From Lama glama (Eukaryota), in assembly GCA_028534125.1 (NCBI GenBank), contig CM052817.1, positions 22,818,001 to 22,882,000 of the forward strand: a stretch of DNA of 64,000 bases, given 5' to 3'. Below the pieces are notes generated by a model, which made no database searches, was not told the origin of the DNA, and was given only the letters and a program-made list of their open reading frames with translations. The position numbers were made by a program, and so were the translations under genes. Below are positions 1-12,944 of this stretch, piece by piece. Within the stretch, counting starts at the first letter, position 1. Each line of letters begins with the position of its first letter.

Positions 1-727
1 TTGTCCCCTCTCGGTGTCCTTCCTTGTTCCTTCTTATCTTCTCGATTGTTTATTTATTGGGGTATTCCAGGGCTCAGATCTAGTATCTCTTCTGTAATTG
101 CACACTTACTTTCTTCTTGAATTCATTCAATCACATACCTTTAAATGCTACCTGTATGCTAAGGCTAATGGTTCCCAAAGTGATAGCTCCCACACGGACG
201 TCTCCTTTCATTTTCTAGACTCTAATGTTCAACAGATGATTAATGATTGATTTATTCAAGAAATATTTTTCTCTACTTGAATCACTAACAAACCTCCCAA
301 ATTTAACGTCTAAAATCAAATATTGGATTCCACTTCCTTCCCCCTAGCAAGCCCCTCTCATGATCTACTTGAACTCAGTGGCAACTCCAATATTTCTCAA
401 GACAAAAATCTTGGAATTACCCTTGGCTCCCCTCTGTCTTTTATAGTTTACATGCAAGTAGTCAGCAAAATCTGTGATCCTTACCTTCAAAAATTATCTA
501 GAAACAAATCACTTTTCACCACTACAATCTTGGTTCAAAATGCCATCGCTTCTCACTGTTTCACTGAGGATAAAGTTCAAAGTTCTAATGACGACAACAA
601 ACAAGGTCTTACACAATCTGAAGCCCTGTGACATTTCTAATTTTGTTTCTTATTAGTCTCCCCTTTGCTCACTCCAGCACAGTCCCATTTCATGGCTTTT
701 ATACTTGATGTTTCCTCTGCCTGTAAC
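1..727 (+). mobile_element. L2 (L2a-like) LINE remnant, 3' part of ORF2, first segment
   Basis: Resembles the L2 consensus (ccagggctcag...; aaaatcttggaattacccttggctcc; cagcaaaatctgtgatccttaccttcaaaaattatctaga). ORF 323-631 is a decayed piece of it. Confidence 0.8.
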
Positions 728-1273
728 CAAGGATGACTTTATGGTGTGCATCCAGTGCAGTTCCACAAAACCCCACGTTCGGAAGAAAGCCTCTGGTGTG
801 TGGTTTAGTGCTTTACAGCCACACATTGGAACTCATTAATGATTTTATCATTGAATATGTGCTCGTTATAAATAAAGTCTAATGGGAATATGATGCATAT
901 GTCATGGACTTGGAGTCTTAGCTCATGTGAGGTCCTTCCTCCCACCTCCTCTCTGTTGGCTGGGAATCAATTCTCAAACACCCACTCCTCTGTCCCCACC
1001 CAGCAACCACTGCCACCTTCTGATGCCCATGGAGGCTTAGATGTGGATATGAGGTAAGTCAGGACACAAAGGCAAGAGGCTGGGCTCAGGAGGGTCTGCT
1101 CTTGCTCAGCAAGTATCCCATGCCCAAAGGACTGTGGCATTAAACAGCAAATAAAACCTGCGGCAAGCTGAGACACATCATGGGAAAAAAGGAAAAGCTT
1201 CTCTCATGCTTTCTCAGCAAGAGGCCCTCACTTTCACCTTACACTGCTCCTTACAGATAAGTAGCCAGTGCTG
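728..1273 (+). mobile_element. MER45B/C-like hAT-Tip100 DNA transposon derivative inserted into the L2
   Basis: Ends caaggatgactttatgg... and ...gataagtagccagtgctg match MER45 termini. Decayed 8-bp TSD cctgtaac (720-727) / cttatgac (1274-1281). Confidence 0.75.
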
Positions 1274-1281
1274 CTTATGAC

Positions 1282-1560
1282 ACTGTGGCCCCAGAAATCC
1301 ACACAGGAAACTCGCTCACCTTCTTCAGCTCTCTGCTCAAGAAAGAGCTTCACATTAAGGTTGTGAATGACCACCCTTATGAGAATCAAAACCCCTTCCA
1401 AACACACTTCAGCCCCAGGGACTCATCCATTCCTTTCATTTTTCTCAGGGTTATTTGTTCTTATCTAGCACACTCTGTAGTTTATTTCTCTATTTATTTT
1501 TGTTGTTGTACTTCCCTTCACTACAATATGAACCCTAGGAATTAAAGGTTTATTCAGTTG
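1282..1560 (+). mobile_element. L2 remnant, continuation after the MER45 insertion
   Basis: ccccagaaatccacacaggaaactcgctcaccttcttcagctctctgctcaa continues the L2 3' consensus. Confidence 0.7.
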
Positions 1561-1929
1561 TGTTAGTTTGAAAATAATCATATGTTAGTGGAATTTGGCT
1601 ACCATGTGTAGAGAAACTTCCATTAAATCGAGTTGGGAGACCAGAAGGGGGAGCTCTCACACTCTGTGATGATAGCAGAGCCCAATGGGAAGAAGGAAGC
1701 CTCCTCTTTTTCTCTCTGGCAAGGACTCAGCTAGTGGAAAGCCATGGGCTCTGTTTACGGCAGCCCTCCCAACTTCCTTTCCTCTCTATAAAACTGCCCC
1801 TTCCAGCTTGGTGGCTTGCACATGGCCTGCTTGCCATGGCTGCAGACGCTGAATTGCAATTCTTTGCTGATCCCAAATAAGCCAGTCTTTGCTGGACGAG
1901 TATCTGACAGTCTATTTAAGCCACCATTT

Positions 1930-1948
1930 TGGTGGCCCATATAGGGGA
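1930..1948 (+). other. Retroviral primer binding site, tRNA-Ile type
   Basis: tggtggcccatatagggga compared with TGGTGGCCCGTACGGGGA (complement of the tRNA-Ile(AAT) 3' end). The differences are two CpG-type changes plus one inserted base. It starts 3 nt after the LTR-terminal CA. Confidence 0.8.
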
Positions 1949-2760
1949 CCACAGAAGACTCCTGATGGCTCCAGGACTGGTGAGCAAATAGGTGATCTAC
2001 CCACAAACGAACCCACTGTGGCTCACTGACTTCTCAATGACTCTGGGATTTAACGGCGTATCTTTCTCCTGGATCTGAGCTTACGTTTTCTTTGCGTTTG
2101 AAGCTCTCTATTTATCCAGAACGCAACCACAAGTTTTCTTTTTGGTTAAGGCCTTGTTCTGTCCGCAAGTACTCATCTGGCACTTAGGTCTGATTTTGAG
2201 TTCAGACTGTTCAGTGAATTCGGCCAGGCTTTGGCCCATTCCCTTCAGAACAGGGGCTGCTTCTTCTGAAGCTTGCTAACCTTCAACCCATTCTGTCAGG
2301 AATAGGGGTTGTTTCTCTGAAATCGTGCTAGGTTTTTCAAAAGTGATCGAGGTTCCCATTTTACTGGCCATGTGCTTCAACGAGTCTGTGCTATTTGGCT
2401 GGTTTTACAACACTTTCACTGTTTACCACCCTTAATCCTCTGGTTTAGTTGAACACGCTAATAGCATTATTAAAACTTAATTGACAAAATGTATAGAAGC
2501 CCTTGAAACATCTTAGATAAAAGCATTGTCATTGCTCCTTCTAATCTCAGACTCGCTCCTTTTAAAACTCATGAATTCTCACTGTCTGAGGTAGTAACAG
2601 GATGAACAGCCAATACACTTGGCTCTTGCATCTTTTGACTCACACCTGATAAAAGGAGAGATACTCCAATTTTGCAAAGGTCTAATTGCTTGTATTAAAA
2701 ATAACCATGTTTTGGTAGAGCAATCTTATCAGCATGCCCTTGGGAAATGAAGACTTTAAG

Positions 2761-2990
2761 CATCAGATTTTGCGACCTAGAGATTCTGTCTATTGGAAAA
2801 GACACCTCCAGAAAACTCCATTCAACCTTGCTGGAAAGGTTTCTGTCAAGTATAGCTAATCAACCTTTGTGCCCTCAAATTCCAAAGAATTGACTCTTAG
2901 ATTCATGTGACACATATAAAGAAAGTACTAAACCTTGACCGGATTTTCACATCATCTGGTGACCTGAAAGTACAGGTTTCCTGGAACTGA
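2761..2990 (+). pseudogene. pol: ERV integrase C-terminal (GPY/F) domain remnant
   Basis: Manual translation: HQILRPRDSVYWKRHLQK/frameshift/NSIQPCWKGFCQV*LINLCALKFQRIDS*IHVTHIKK...SGDLKVQVSWN*. This corresponds to the WKGPYQV...SWIHxSHxK motif. Confidence 0.85.
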
Positions 2991-4483
2991 AGCGGATGAC
3001 ATCTGATGAGACAGCTTCTCTGATATAACTGGGCTAGGCCTGTTAGAGATTTGTCTCCAAACCTATGGTGATGACACAACACTTCAGATGATCTCCAGTG
3101 ACTCTGATCTTCATAAGTAGGGGATTTAGATTTTTTAAAAATCCCTTCCTTGTTAGTCAGATGTGACCTTAATAGATTTCCAGTATGTTCATTTTCCCTC
3201 TGACATGATACACTACCCCCAGGAAAGATCTTCACTTACACTGAGGGACAGAAAGCTGCTGAAACTAGAAATTTTGACTCTAGACCAGTAGTTCTTTCAG
3301 AGAAAGATCTTGATTAAAATGAGATAATGTAAGAAAATTAATAAACAGAAACCTAAGTTAAATAGGGTTGGGAAAGCTCCCCCTTATAAGAAGAAAGACT
3401 CCACCTCTTTCCTGGCAAGGACTCAGCCAATGAAAAGCCAGGGACTCTTTGTTTACTACACTCCCCTTACCTCCTTTTCCTCTCTGTGATAATGTTCTCC
3501 TTTCCTTGTGTGGGAGGACTTGTATGTTGCTCACACCATGGCAGACCCCAAATTGCAATTCTCTGCTGATCCTGAATAAACCCATCTTCACTGGAAGAAA
3601 TATCTAACAGTCAGTTTCAGTCAACACCTATTTTCAGAGAGCAGGTTGGTATTTAAAGTCTCTTTATGTTTAACTTGTAAAAGTATTATCAATTTTGAAG
3701 GGCAAAAACCCAAGGAATAACTTTGTCTGTTTACTCACTGGATTCAGCTATATAGCATAGAGAAGTAAGTCCAGGCCAGACTGATATTGGAGTAGTTTAG
3801 ATGGAGAGTATACCTGGTGACTCCATTTCAAGTTAAGAAGGAGCTGAAAAGAACTGTGTGTCTCCTGGTGTATAGCAATACATAGTAAAAGAAGAGGCAA
3901 TTCTTTATTGAGAAGATATAAATACATCCTAATTATCTAAACTACAAAATATGTAAGATGTATACAGTGTTTATATGCATATATGCATTCATACATATAT
4001 ATATTTTACTCAAGTTATGGAGGAAAAATTATTTTTTTTGTATTTTTTAAATGAATTTGTACTTTGCTATCTCAATTTTTTCTGGTATTTTTAATTCTGT
4101 TGGGATAATCAAATCTTTAGAGAGGCACGGATTGATGATAACAAAATATTACTGAATGACAATGGTATCAGAAGAGTGATACAAAAGCATGAAATGGTGC
4201 ACCATATTAGGAATTATAATTTATGATATTATATAGTAAAAAGTATTTTTATTCTATCAACTTTTCAATTTCAATTCTCTAATTCAAAATTAAAATCATA
4301 CTTGAGGTTTCCTTCATTGATTGAATAACACAGGCACAGAAAGCAGTAGTGCCTTTGGAAAACTACACAGGGCAGTAGCACAAATAGAGAAATTCAAAAG
4401 TTTTGATCAAAGTTATAGTAAGTGTCTTGGTAAGTCATCACAAAGACAACATGGAAAACTGAAACAGAACAAGAGGCTCACTT

Positions 4484-4600
4484 TAATTCATTGACTCAAC
4501 ATGTATTTATTGAACATATAGTATCTGTCAGTTACTCTTCTATTTGGAACACAGAAATGAATAAAACAGAAAAAGATCCTAGCCTTGGTCATCAAGCAGT
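4484..4600 (-). mobile_element. L2 3'-end fragment
   Basis: ttcattgactcaacatgtatttattgaaca...gaacacagaaatgaataaaacaga is the reverse complement of the L2 tail. Confidence 0.6.
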
Positions 4601-5410
4601 GAACTGAAAAAGGTGAAAGTGATTACTAGAAGAAAGCAACATTTGGAAGGAGAGTTGAAAGGAGCTAAATACACAGTCCGTGCATGGCAAGCAATCTGCT
4701 GAACAAAACAAATTACACAATACTTCCAGAATGACTCACTGCCTCGGGGAAATACAAAATAGAACACAAAGAAGAAGGAAAAATCACTGAAAACTGCAAT
4801 CATAACAACTATGAGAAAAATGGCACTGAAAAAGAGAAACTCAGTAAAAATACTGTAATAGAATCAATCCCATGCAGAGTACAAATCAGATTTCCCAAGA
4901 AGCCAGGCAGAAAAACCCAAATGTAGACAAAGAAATGATGAAGTCTCATTTTAATGTACCTATAAGACATGCATTTATCCTACAGAATGTTGCCCCAAAA
5001 TGCAGTTGTCTTCCAAAAGACAACAGTTGTTTTGAAAATTCAACATAGGTTGAATATTGGGGTGGTTTCTTCTGTTTTATGGTTCCATATACTCTAGAAG
5101 TACAGAAATTTAACTAAATCAGATTCATATTTAATGTGATCTGGTTTCAACACATAAACTATCACAAAAAAGTACTTGTATTCCTCAGGAACTCAGCTGA
5201 GCTGGAGAGAGCTGAGATGCCAGAGTAACCAATTAAAGCAACAGTGAGTCAAAATGAAAGTAATATTGAAGCCTCTAATGACAGCAAAAGTAAAGCAAGA
5301 GGTTAAAACTGGAGAAAGGCACCAACTCACTGCTGTTTCATCTCCCTTATACCACTCAAGAGTCTAATGGATCAGCATAGATGTGGGGACATCTCATCTA
5401 TGTCTTATTT

Positions 5411-5867
5411 TGTTGGAGGAGACCAAAATAAAAGCTCTGGTGGTTTTCAGGACCTGGGGTGGGGGTGGGACGATGGAGGAGAAAGGTTAGGAGAGGAAAA
5501 GTACTAGGTCTGATGGGAAAAAGTGTCTTCAGCTTTATCCTCCTCTCCTCATAAGGAGATCTTGGCAGAAGCATCTGAGAAAGATCTCTGCCAAAGGCCC
5601 CTGATAAAGAGATCTAGGAATAAAGGTGTCTAGGCTAAGAATGCAAACATGCATGGGAGCATGACCTTCCGGAAAGGCCTGAATCCTAGACAGCAACTCC
5701 CTTCTGAGACTGCAGTGCATTGGATGTGCACCAAGTCTGGAGGGAGGTCAGCTTTCCTCATGAGGCCTACCAGATAAAACCTTTGTAACTGTCTACAGCT
5801 GGACTTGAAAAATCACATGTAGGTTTTTAACCACAAGCCAGATTCCTCGGTATTCTTAAACTCAACA
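5411..5867 (+). mobile_element. Old solo LTR, probably ERVL (MER54/MER74 group)
   Basis: GC-richer ~450-bp island bounded by tgtt...aaca, with ataaaacctttgtaactgtctacagctggac near the 3' end. Family assignment is tentative. Confidence 0.45.
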
Positions 5868-6809
5868 CTAACTATAGAAAATACAGAATGTCAACAATCA
5901 TGTAATGGGCTTAAAAACAAATAATAAGCATGTCTGAGAAGTTGCTGTTTTTAAACAAATCAAAGGCTATTTCACCCTGTGGTTAGAAGGATAGGCTTCA
6001 CATTTTTAGGATGTAGTATACGTATTTTAAGGAGCCAGGGATACAATGCTTCTATTCATAATTCATTCAGCTGCTTGTCATAGGAAATCAGGAAATCTTT
6101 CTTGATAACTCTTACTTCTCACCCTTCCATCCTTAGCTTATGTAAGTTTTAATGCTTTAATTCTTTAATACCTCTGCATTCTACCCATTGTTCAGATTAT
6201 AAGATCTAAGATGGCTGTACCTATGGCCTTGTGCTCTTCATCGAGTTTTTTTCCACCAAGAAAATTTGACCAATAAGTATTTTTGAAATAAATGAAGTCC
6301 TTCTTTTTTTTTTTCCCCTCTTCATTTTTCTCTCCTGGTGTTCACACTTAAGTACAGGTTAAAATTCACACTAATTCATCACTCATGGTTAGAGAAGAAG
6401 ATAAATGATGCCTTAAGGAAGACAGGTAAGATAAACAATAGACCAATATGGAACATTCTGTAGGAAAACTAGGAATATTCTTCACCATTCCACGGCCCTC
6501 TATATTGTGTTTGATGGAAAGAAAATTAGAGAAAATTGTACATTATACTTTACACATAAATGAGCTCCTTTCTATACGAAGATTTCTAAGTCTGTGGCAA
6601 TATCAGAAATCACTAGAGATATAATTTTAGTATAAAAGCAACACTTTAAATACTCTTATCAGTGACTAGTTACTATGCTAAAAATAAAATCTTATGAATG
6701 TTCTCATTTTATTTATATTACTTTATATAGTTTCTTTGTATAAATATAGTTCACTGCTATGTATATATCTTTTCTCATTAGACTTGTAAGTCTCAGTAGT
6801 TTCATACAT

Positions 6810-9800
6810 GGAAGACAGAGAGGGAGAAAGGTCCATAAAGCTTATTCAAAGAAATAAAGTCTGAAAACCTCACAAATATGGGGAAGGAAGTGTATGTCCA
6901 TATTAAAAAAATAATATATCAAATAAGAGAACCCAAAGAAATCCACACTGAGACACTGCTATAGATTGAATATTTGTCTTTCTCCAATCCAATTCATATG
7001 TTGAAACTTAATCCCCAATGTGATGATATTTAGAGGTGGGGCCTTTGGGAGCTGCTTAGGTCCTGAGAGTATACTTCTTATAAATTGGAATAGTGCTCTT
7101 ATAAAAGAGACTCTAGAAATTTCCTTTGTCCATTCTGCCATGTGAGGACACAGTGAGAAGACAGCTGTCTGTGAACTAGGAAGCACGCTCTCACTAGACT
7201 CCAAATCTGTTGGCACCTTAATGTTAGGCTTCCCAGGCTCCAGAATTACAATAAATAATGTTCCATTGTTTACAAGCCACCTAGTCTATGGTATTCTGTT
7301 ACAGCAGCCTGAACAGACTAAGACAAACACATTATAATCAAATTGTCAGAAGTTGGAGACAAAAAAAGAATGCTAAAAACAGCAAGAGAAAAGTGGCTTA
7401 TATACATGGCAACCCCCAAAAGACTATCAGTGGAAAGTAAAAGTCTTGCAGGCCAAAAGGAAGTGGAATGATATATTCAAAGTACTGAACGAAAAATGCC
7501 AATGAAGAATACTACATCCAGTATAAAAGGGAGATAAAGACATTTTCAGAAAAACAAAAGATGAGGGAATTAATCCCAACTAGACCACTCTTACAAGGAA
7601 AGATAAGAGAGTTCTTCAAAATGAAACGAAAGGACACTCAATAGCAAAACGATAGCAGAAGGAAGTATGAAGCTTGTCAGCAAAGATACATAGACAGATA
7701 CAAAAAACTGTATTACCATAATGGTGATGAGTCAATCACTTTTAATTCTAATAAAAATGTTTTAAAAGTCTTAAAATAACTAAATTTTAAAATATGCTAA
7801 AATACACAAATATGAATAATGTAAATTATAATAACAATAACGAAGTGTGGAATGGACAAAGTAAAAATATAGAGTTTTTGTTTGTGATCAGACTTAAATT
7901 GCTGTCAGCTTAACATATTCTGTTAAATTGCAAGATATTTCATGTAAGTCCCTAGGAAAACTATCCCTATAGAAGTTATAAAATATAAAAATGTGTCAAA
8001 GCACATCAATAGAAAAAAAATCAACAAACATCAAGAGAGACATCAAGAGAATAAAAAGTAGACAAAGAAACTATAATACTAAAAGAAAATAACTAACAAA
8101 ATGGTAATAAGTCCATCATTATTAATAATTACTTTAAATATAAATCAGTTAAAGTCCCCAATTATGTCAGAAGGTGGCTGAATGGATAAAAAAGTAAGAG
8201 TCAACTATACGCTGCGTATAAGAAACTCAATTTAGATTTAAGGGCACACATTGGCTGAAAGTGAAGGAAGAAAATGATACTCCATGCAAAGGGAAACCAA
8301 AAAAGAGCAGGAATGGCTATAGTTGTATTAGAAAAAAATAGACTTTAAATCAAATACTCTAACAAGAAAAAAAGAAAAATACAATGCTATGATAAAATGA
8401 CAAAATCCACTCAGAAGGTGTAACAAATATAAATATATATGTACCTGGCATCAGAACACTTAAATATATTAAGTGAATATTGGCAGAACTGGAGAGAGAA
8501 ACACACAGTGATACAATAATAGTAAGAAATTTCATTAATAGACAGACCATTCAGATGGAAAATCAATAAGGAAAAAGAGGGCTTGAGAGACACTAAAGTG
8601 AATGGACTTAAAATGTATATATATGTACAGCAATATACTCAACAAGAGCAGAACACACATTATTCTCAATAGCCCACAGTTCTTTAAGCAGGAGGGAGCC
8701 CATGTTAGGTCACAAAACAAATCTTAATAAAATAAATAAAATAAAATATTCCTTATCAAGTATCTTTTCTGATCACAATGGAATGAAACTAGAAGTCATT
8801 AATAGAATGAAAACTGAAAAATTTGCAGACATGTGGAAATTAAACAGCACAGTCCTGACCATCCACTAATCCAAAAAAAAAAACCAAAAAACAAAAGGAT
8901 ACCTCAAGACAAAAATGAAAACACAACATACCAAAACTTATGAAACTCAGCAAAAGCAGTACTAAGAAGAAAGTTCATAGTGGTAAACACTTAAACTAGA
9001 AAAGAAGAAAGATATCAAATAAATCACCTAAATTTATACCTGGAGGAACTAGAGAAAGAAGGGCAAAATAAGCCAAAAGTTACCAGGTAAAGGACATAAC
9101 AAAGACTAGATCTGAAATAAAATAAAAAATTGCAAAACAATGGAAATGGTCAATAAAACTGTGTTCTCTTATGAAAGGGACACAAAATTAACAAACCTTT
9201 CACTAGACTAAGAAAAAAGAGAGCACACTCAAAAAAAAAAATAGAAATAAAACAGGAGACATTACAAATGATATCACAGAAATAAAAACAATCACAAAAA
9301 AATATTATGACCAATCATATGTCAAGAAACTAGGTAATCTAGAAGAAATAAATAAATTCATAGAAACATATAAACTACCAAAACCAAATCATGAAGAAAT
9401 AGAAAGCAGACCAGTAACTAGTATGCAGATTGAGTTGGCAATCAAAAAAAGCTCAAGACCAAGTGGCTTTATTGACAAATTCTCCCAGATATTTAAGAAA
9501 GAATTAATACCAACACTTCTCAAGTTCCTCCAAAAAATAAAGAAGGAGGGAAAATGTTCAAACTGATTATATGAGGCCAGAGTTACTCTGATACCAGAGC
9601 TAGACAAAGACACCGCAAGTAAAGACAATTATAGACCTAGATCTCTGATGAATATAGAGTAAAAAAAAAAGTCTCAACATAATACTAGCAAACTAAATCC
9701 AATAATACAATTAAAGGATCATATACTCTGTCCAATTGGGATCTATACCTGGGATGCAGGGATAATTCAACATATACAAATCAATTAATATAATCCACTA

Positions 9801-11980
9801 CATTTACAGAATAAAATATAAAAACCACATGATTATTTCAGATACGAAAAATCCGTTCACAAAATCAACACTCTTTTATGATAAAAACTCTCAACAAACT
9901 AAGACTAGAAAGAAATTACATCAATGTTATTAAAATATATAAAAAAGCCACATCCTTTTCACTGATAAAAAAATGAAAGGCTTTTCTCTAAAACCAGGAA
10001 CAAGGTAAGGATAACCACTGTCATCACTTTTAGTGAACATAGTACCATAAATCTAGTCAAATCAAATAGACAAGAAAAATAATTAAAAGGCACCCAAATT
10101 GAAAAGGGATAAACATTGAAATAAAATGTCTGTGTTTATAGACAGCATAATGTATATATATAAAACTCTAAAAATTCCATTAAAAACCTCTTAGAACTAG
10201 TAAACAAATTCAATAAAGTTGCAAGATACAAGATCAACATACAAAAATCAGTTGCATTTCTATACACTAATAATAAAGTATGGTGAAAACAATTGGCACA
10301 AACAAATGGAAAGATATTCCACTTTTATGGGAATTTATATTTGGAATACATAATATTGTTAAAATGTCTATGCTATCTAATATGATAAACAGGTTCAAGG
10401 CAATCCCTGTCAAAACAATTCTAAAATTCACATAGAACCTCAAAAAAATCAAAAAGTGCCAAATCAAATTTGAGAAAGAAAAACAAAGCTAGAGACATCA
10501 CACTACCTTCTTTCAAAAGATACTACAAAACTATAGTAACTAAAACAATACAGTACTAGCATAAAGACAGACATAGAGACCAATAAAAAAGAATAGAGAA
10601 CCCAGAAATAAACTCATACAATCCACAGTCAACTGATCTTCAGCAAGGGTGACAAGAATACACAATGGGGAAAGGATAGTGCCTTGAACAAATGATGCTG
10701 GGAAAAAATGGGTATCCATGTGCAAAAGAATGAAATTGGACTCTTACCATATTAATCCCATACACAAAAATCAACTCAAGATTATTTAAATACTTAAAAT
10801 ACCTGAAATTGTAAAACTTCTAGAAATTAACAATATGGAGACCATTTCAAACATTAGCTGTGAGAATTTTTTCATGGATATGATACCAAAATCACACACA
10901 AAAAAACAAAAATAAACAAATGGGAATACACCAAACAACATGCTTCTGCACAGGAAAGGAGACAATCAACAGAGGAAAAAGGCAACTCATGGACTGGGAG
11001 AAAGTATTTGCAAACCACATATCCAGTAACAGGTTAATCTCCAAAATATAGAAGAAACTTCTACAACTCAACAGTTTAAAAACAATAATGACAAAACAAA
11101 GTGATAATCTGATTTAAAATTGGGCTATTGACTTCAATAAACATTTTTCTAAAGAAGACAAACAAATATCCAGCAAGTGTATGAAAAATACTCAACATCA
11201 TTTCCATGATGATTCAATGTCCAATCATTATGGAAATGCAAATCAAAACCACAATGAGATGTCACCTCACACCTGACATAATGGCTGTTATCAAAAACAA
11301 AAACAAAAACAAGTTTTGGAGAGGAAGTGGAAAAGTTGGACCACTTTCAAAACTGGTGGTGGGAATGCAAATAGTGAAACTGAAGTGGAAAATTATGGAG
11401 GTTTCTCAAAAAATTAAAAACAAAACTATCATATGATCCAGTAATTCCATGCTTGGATATATATTCAAAGTACCTGAAATCAGGATCTGTAAGAGATATT
11501 AATTAGCACTCCTATGTTCACTGCACTACAGTCAAGATGTGGCAAGAACCAAATGTCCACCAACATATGAATGAATAAGAAAATGTCGCATATAAATACA
11601 ATGGAGTATTATTCAACTTTTAAAAGCTGAGGGAATTCTGAAATGTGCAACAACATAAATGAACCCAGAGGATATCATGTTAAGTAAAGTAAGTCAGGTA
11701 TAGATAGACAAATACTGCATGATTCTGCTGAGATGAAATATCTAAAACAGCCAAATTCATAGAACCAAAGAATGGAATAGTAGTTGCCAGGGGCTAGGGT
11801 GAGGGAGAAATGTGGAATTAGTAATCAAGGGCCAAAAAGTTTCAGTTAAGCAAGATGAATAAACTCGAAATTGATGTACAGCAGTATAGCTCTAGCCAAA
11901 AATGATGTATTGCACATTTAAAACTTGAAGAGAGTAGATCTAATGTTGTGTCTTTGCCACAAAAAATAAAATAATAAAAA
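6810..11980 (+). mobile_element. 5'-truncated ancient L1 (L1MA10/L1MB1-like): ORF1 3' part, ORF2 and 3' UTR, all disrupted
   Basis: ORF1 TLRH|IIIKLS is split by the MaLR. ORF2 starts near 8101 (..ITLNINQLKSPI). A degenerate FADD region lies near 10130, and [15 protein letters not shown] near 11230. The 3' UTR agtttcagttaagcaagatgaataa leads to an A-rich end. Confidence 0.92.
6957..7325 (+). mobile_element. MLT1A-type MaLR solo LTR inserted in L1 ORF1
   Basis: tgctatagattgaat...gcagcctgaacagactaagaca, 369 bp. 5-bp TSD gacac/aacac. Confidence 0.92.
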
Positions 11981-12769
11981 TATTCTAACCAGGTAGCTGA
12001 GGAGACAGCTTTTTTTTTTTAGAAATAGTTTCTATATATGATTTATGAATTAAATTTTAATGGGAAATCAAAGCATATAAAGGAAGGTGACTGTTTTGCA
12101 AATAATGTTTTTAAAGCAAAGACATTTCTTGTGTGTTCATTTTACAGTTTTTATAAAGACAAATTCCAACAAATTTAGAGTGTTAAATTTTATTTTTATA
12201 ATATCATTACTTTGTCAAAACTGAGAAATGTGATCCAATTCAGCACCGTATGGATATATTTTAAACAACTTTACACAATTTTATACAACTTTAACTCACT
12301 GATCTGATAACCTCATGATAATTACTGATAAGAGAATAATTTGAAAAAAGAAACACTTAATCCTAAATTTTGCATTTAAATTCTTAAGGTACATAGACCA
12401 CACTTCTACTTATACTTAAGTACCTCTAACAAATGTAAAAGTATTTAATAACCTTTAAACCATTGTGCTTTAATATCTCCTCAAGAGTTTTAAATATATA
12501 TATATTTGAGTATATATTTTTAATACATAATTTTTAATTTATGCATGTTTGTGTATACATATCCCCTCATGTATATTTAGGTTAACATCAGAAATAGTTG
12601 TCATAAATGCAATCAGTTGTAGATGTAATTTCTGATGTAGTAGAAATACTAAATTTAACCATAAAATTACGACATAACTCATTTAAATATTTCAACAAAA
12701 TCAAAATGCCACAGCAACTTGATATACTTAAATGAAGGTTAAAATTGAAAATTAAATTACTAAGAACCC

Positions 12770-12944
12770 ATCATGAATGACATTAGTGACCTTTCAAACG
12801 GGGCTCAGAGAGCTCCCTTGTCTCTTCCACCATGTGAGGATCTTAGAATCCTCAGCCTCTAAAACTGTGAGAAATAAATTTCTGTTGCTTCCAAGCTACT
12901 CAGCTTATGGTATTTTGTTAAAGCTGCACAAACAGACTTAGAAA
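12770..12944 (+). mobile_element. MLT1A-type MaLR LTR fragment with internal deletion
   Basis: ttccaccatgtgagga joined to cagcctctaaaactgtgagaaataaatttctgttg...tatggtattttgtta. Confidence 0.8.

Larger units (their letters stand above)
1605..3626 (+). mobile_element. Internally deleted class I ERV provirus (HERV-I/LTR10-like, tRNA-Ile primed)
   Basis: Two homologous LTRs (about 1605-1926 and 3328-3626) share ctggcaaggactcagc and aattgcaattct-tgctgatcc and end in CA. The PBS follows the 5' LTR, an integrase remnant lies inside, and a degenerate purine tract precedes the 3' LTR. The 5' start is uncertain. Confidence 0.85.
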
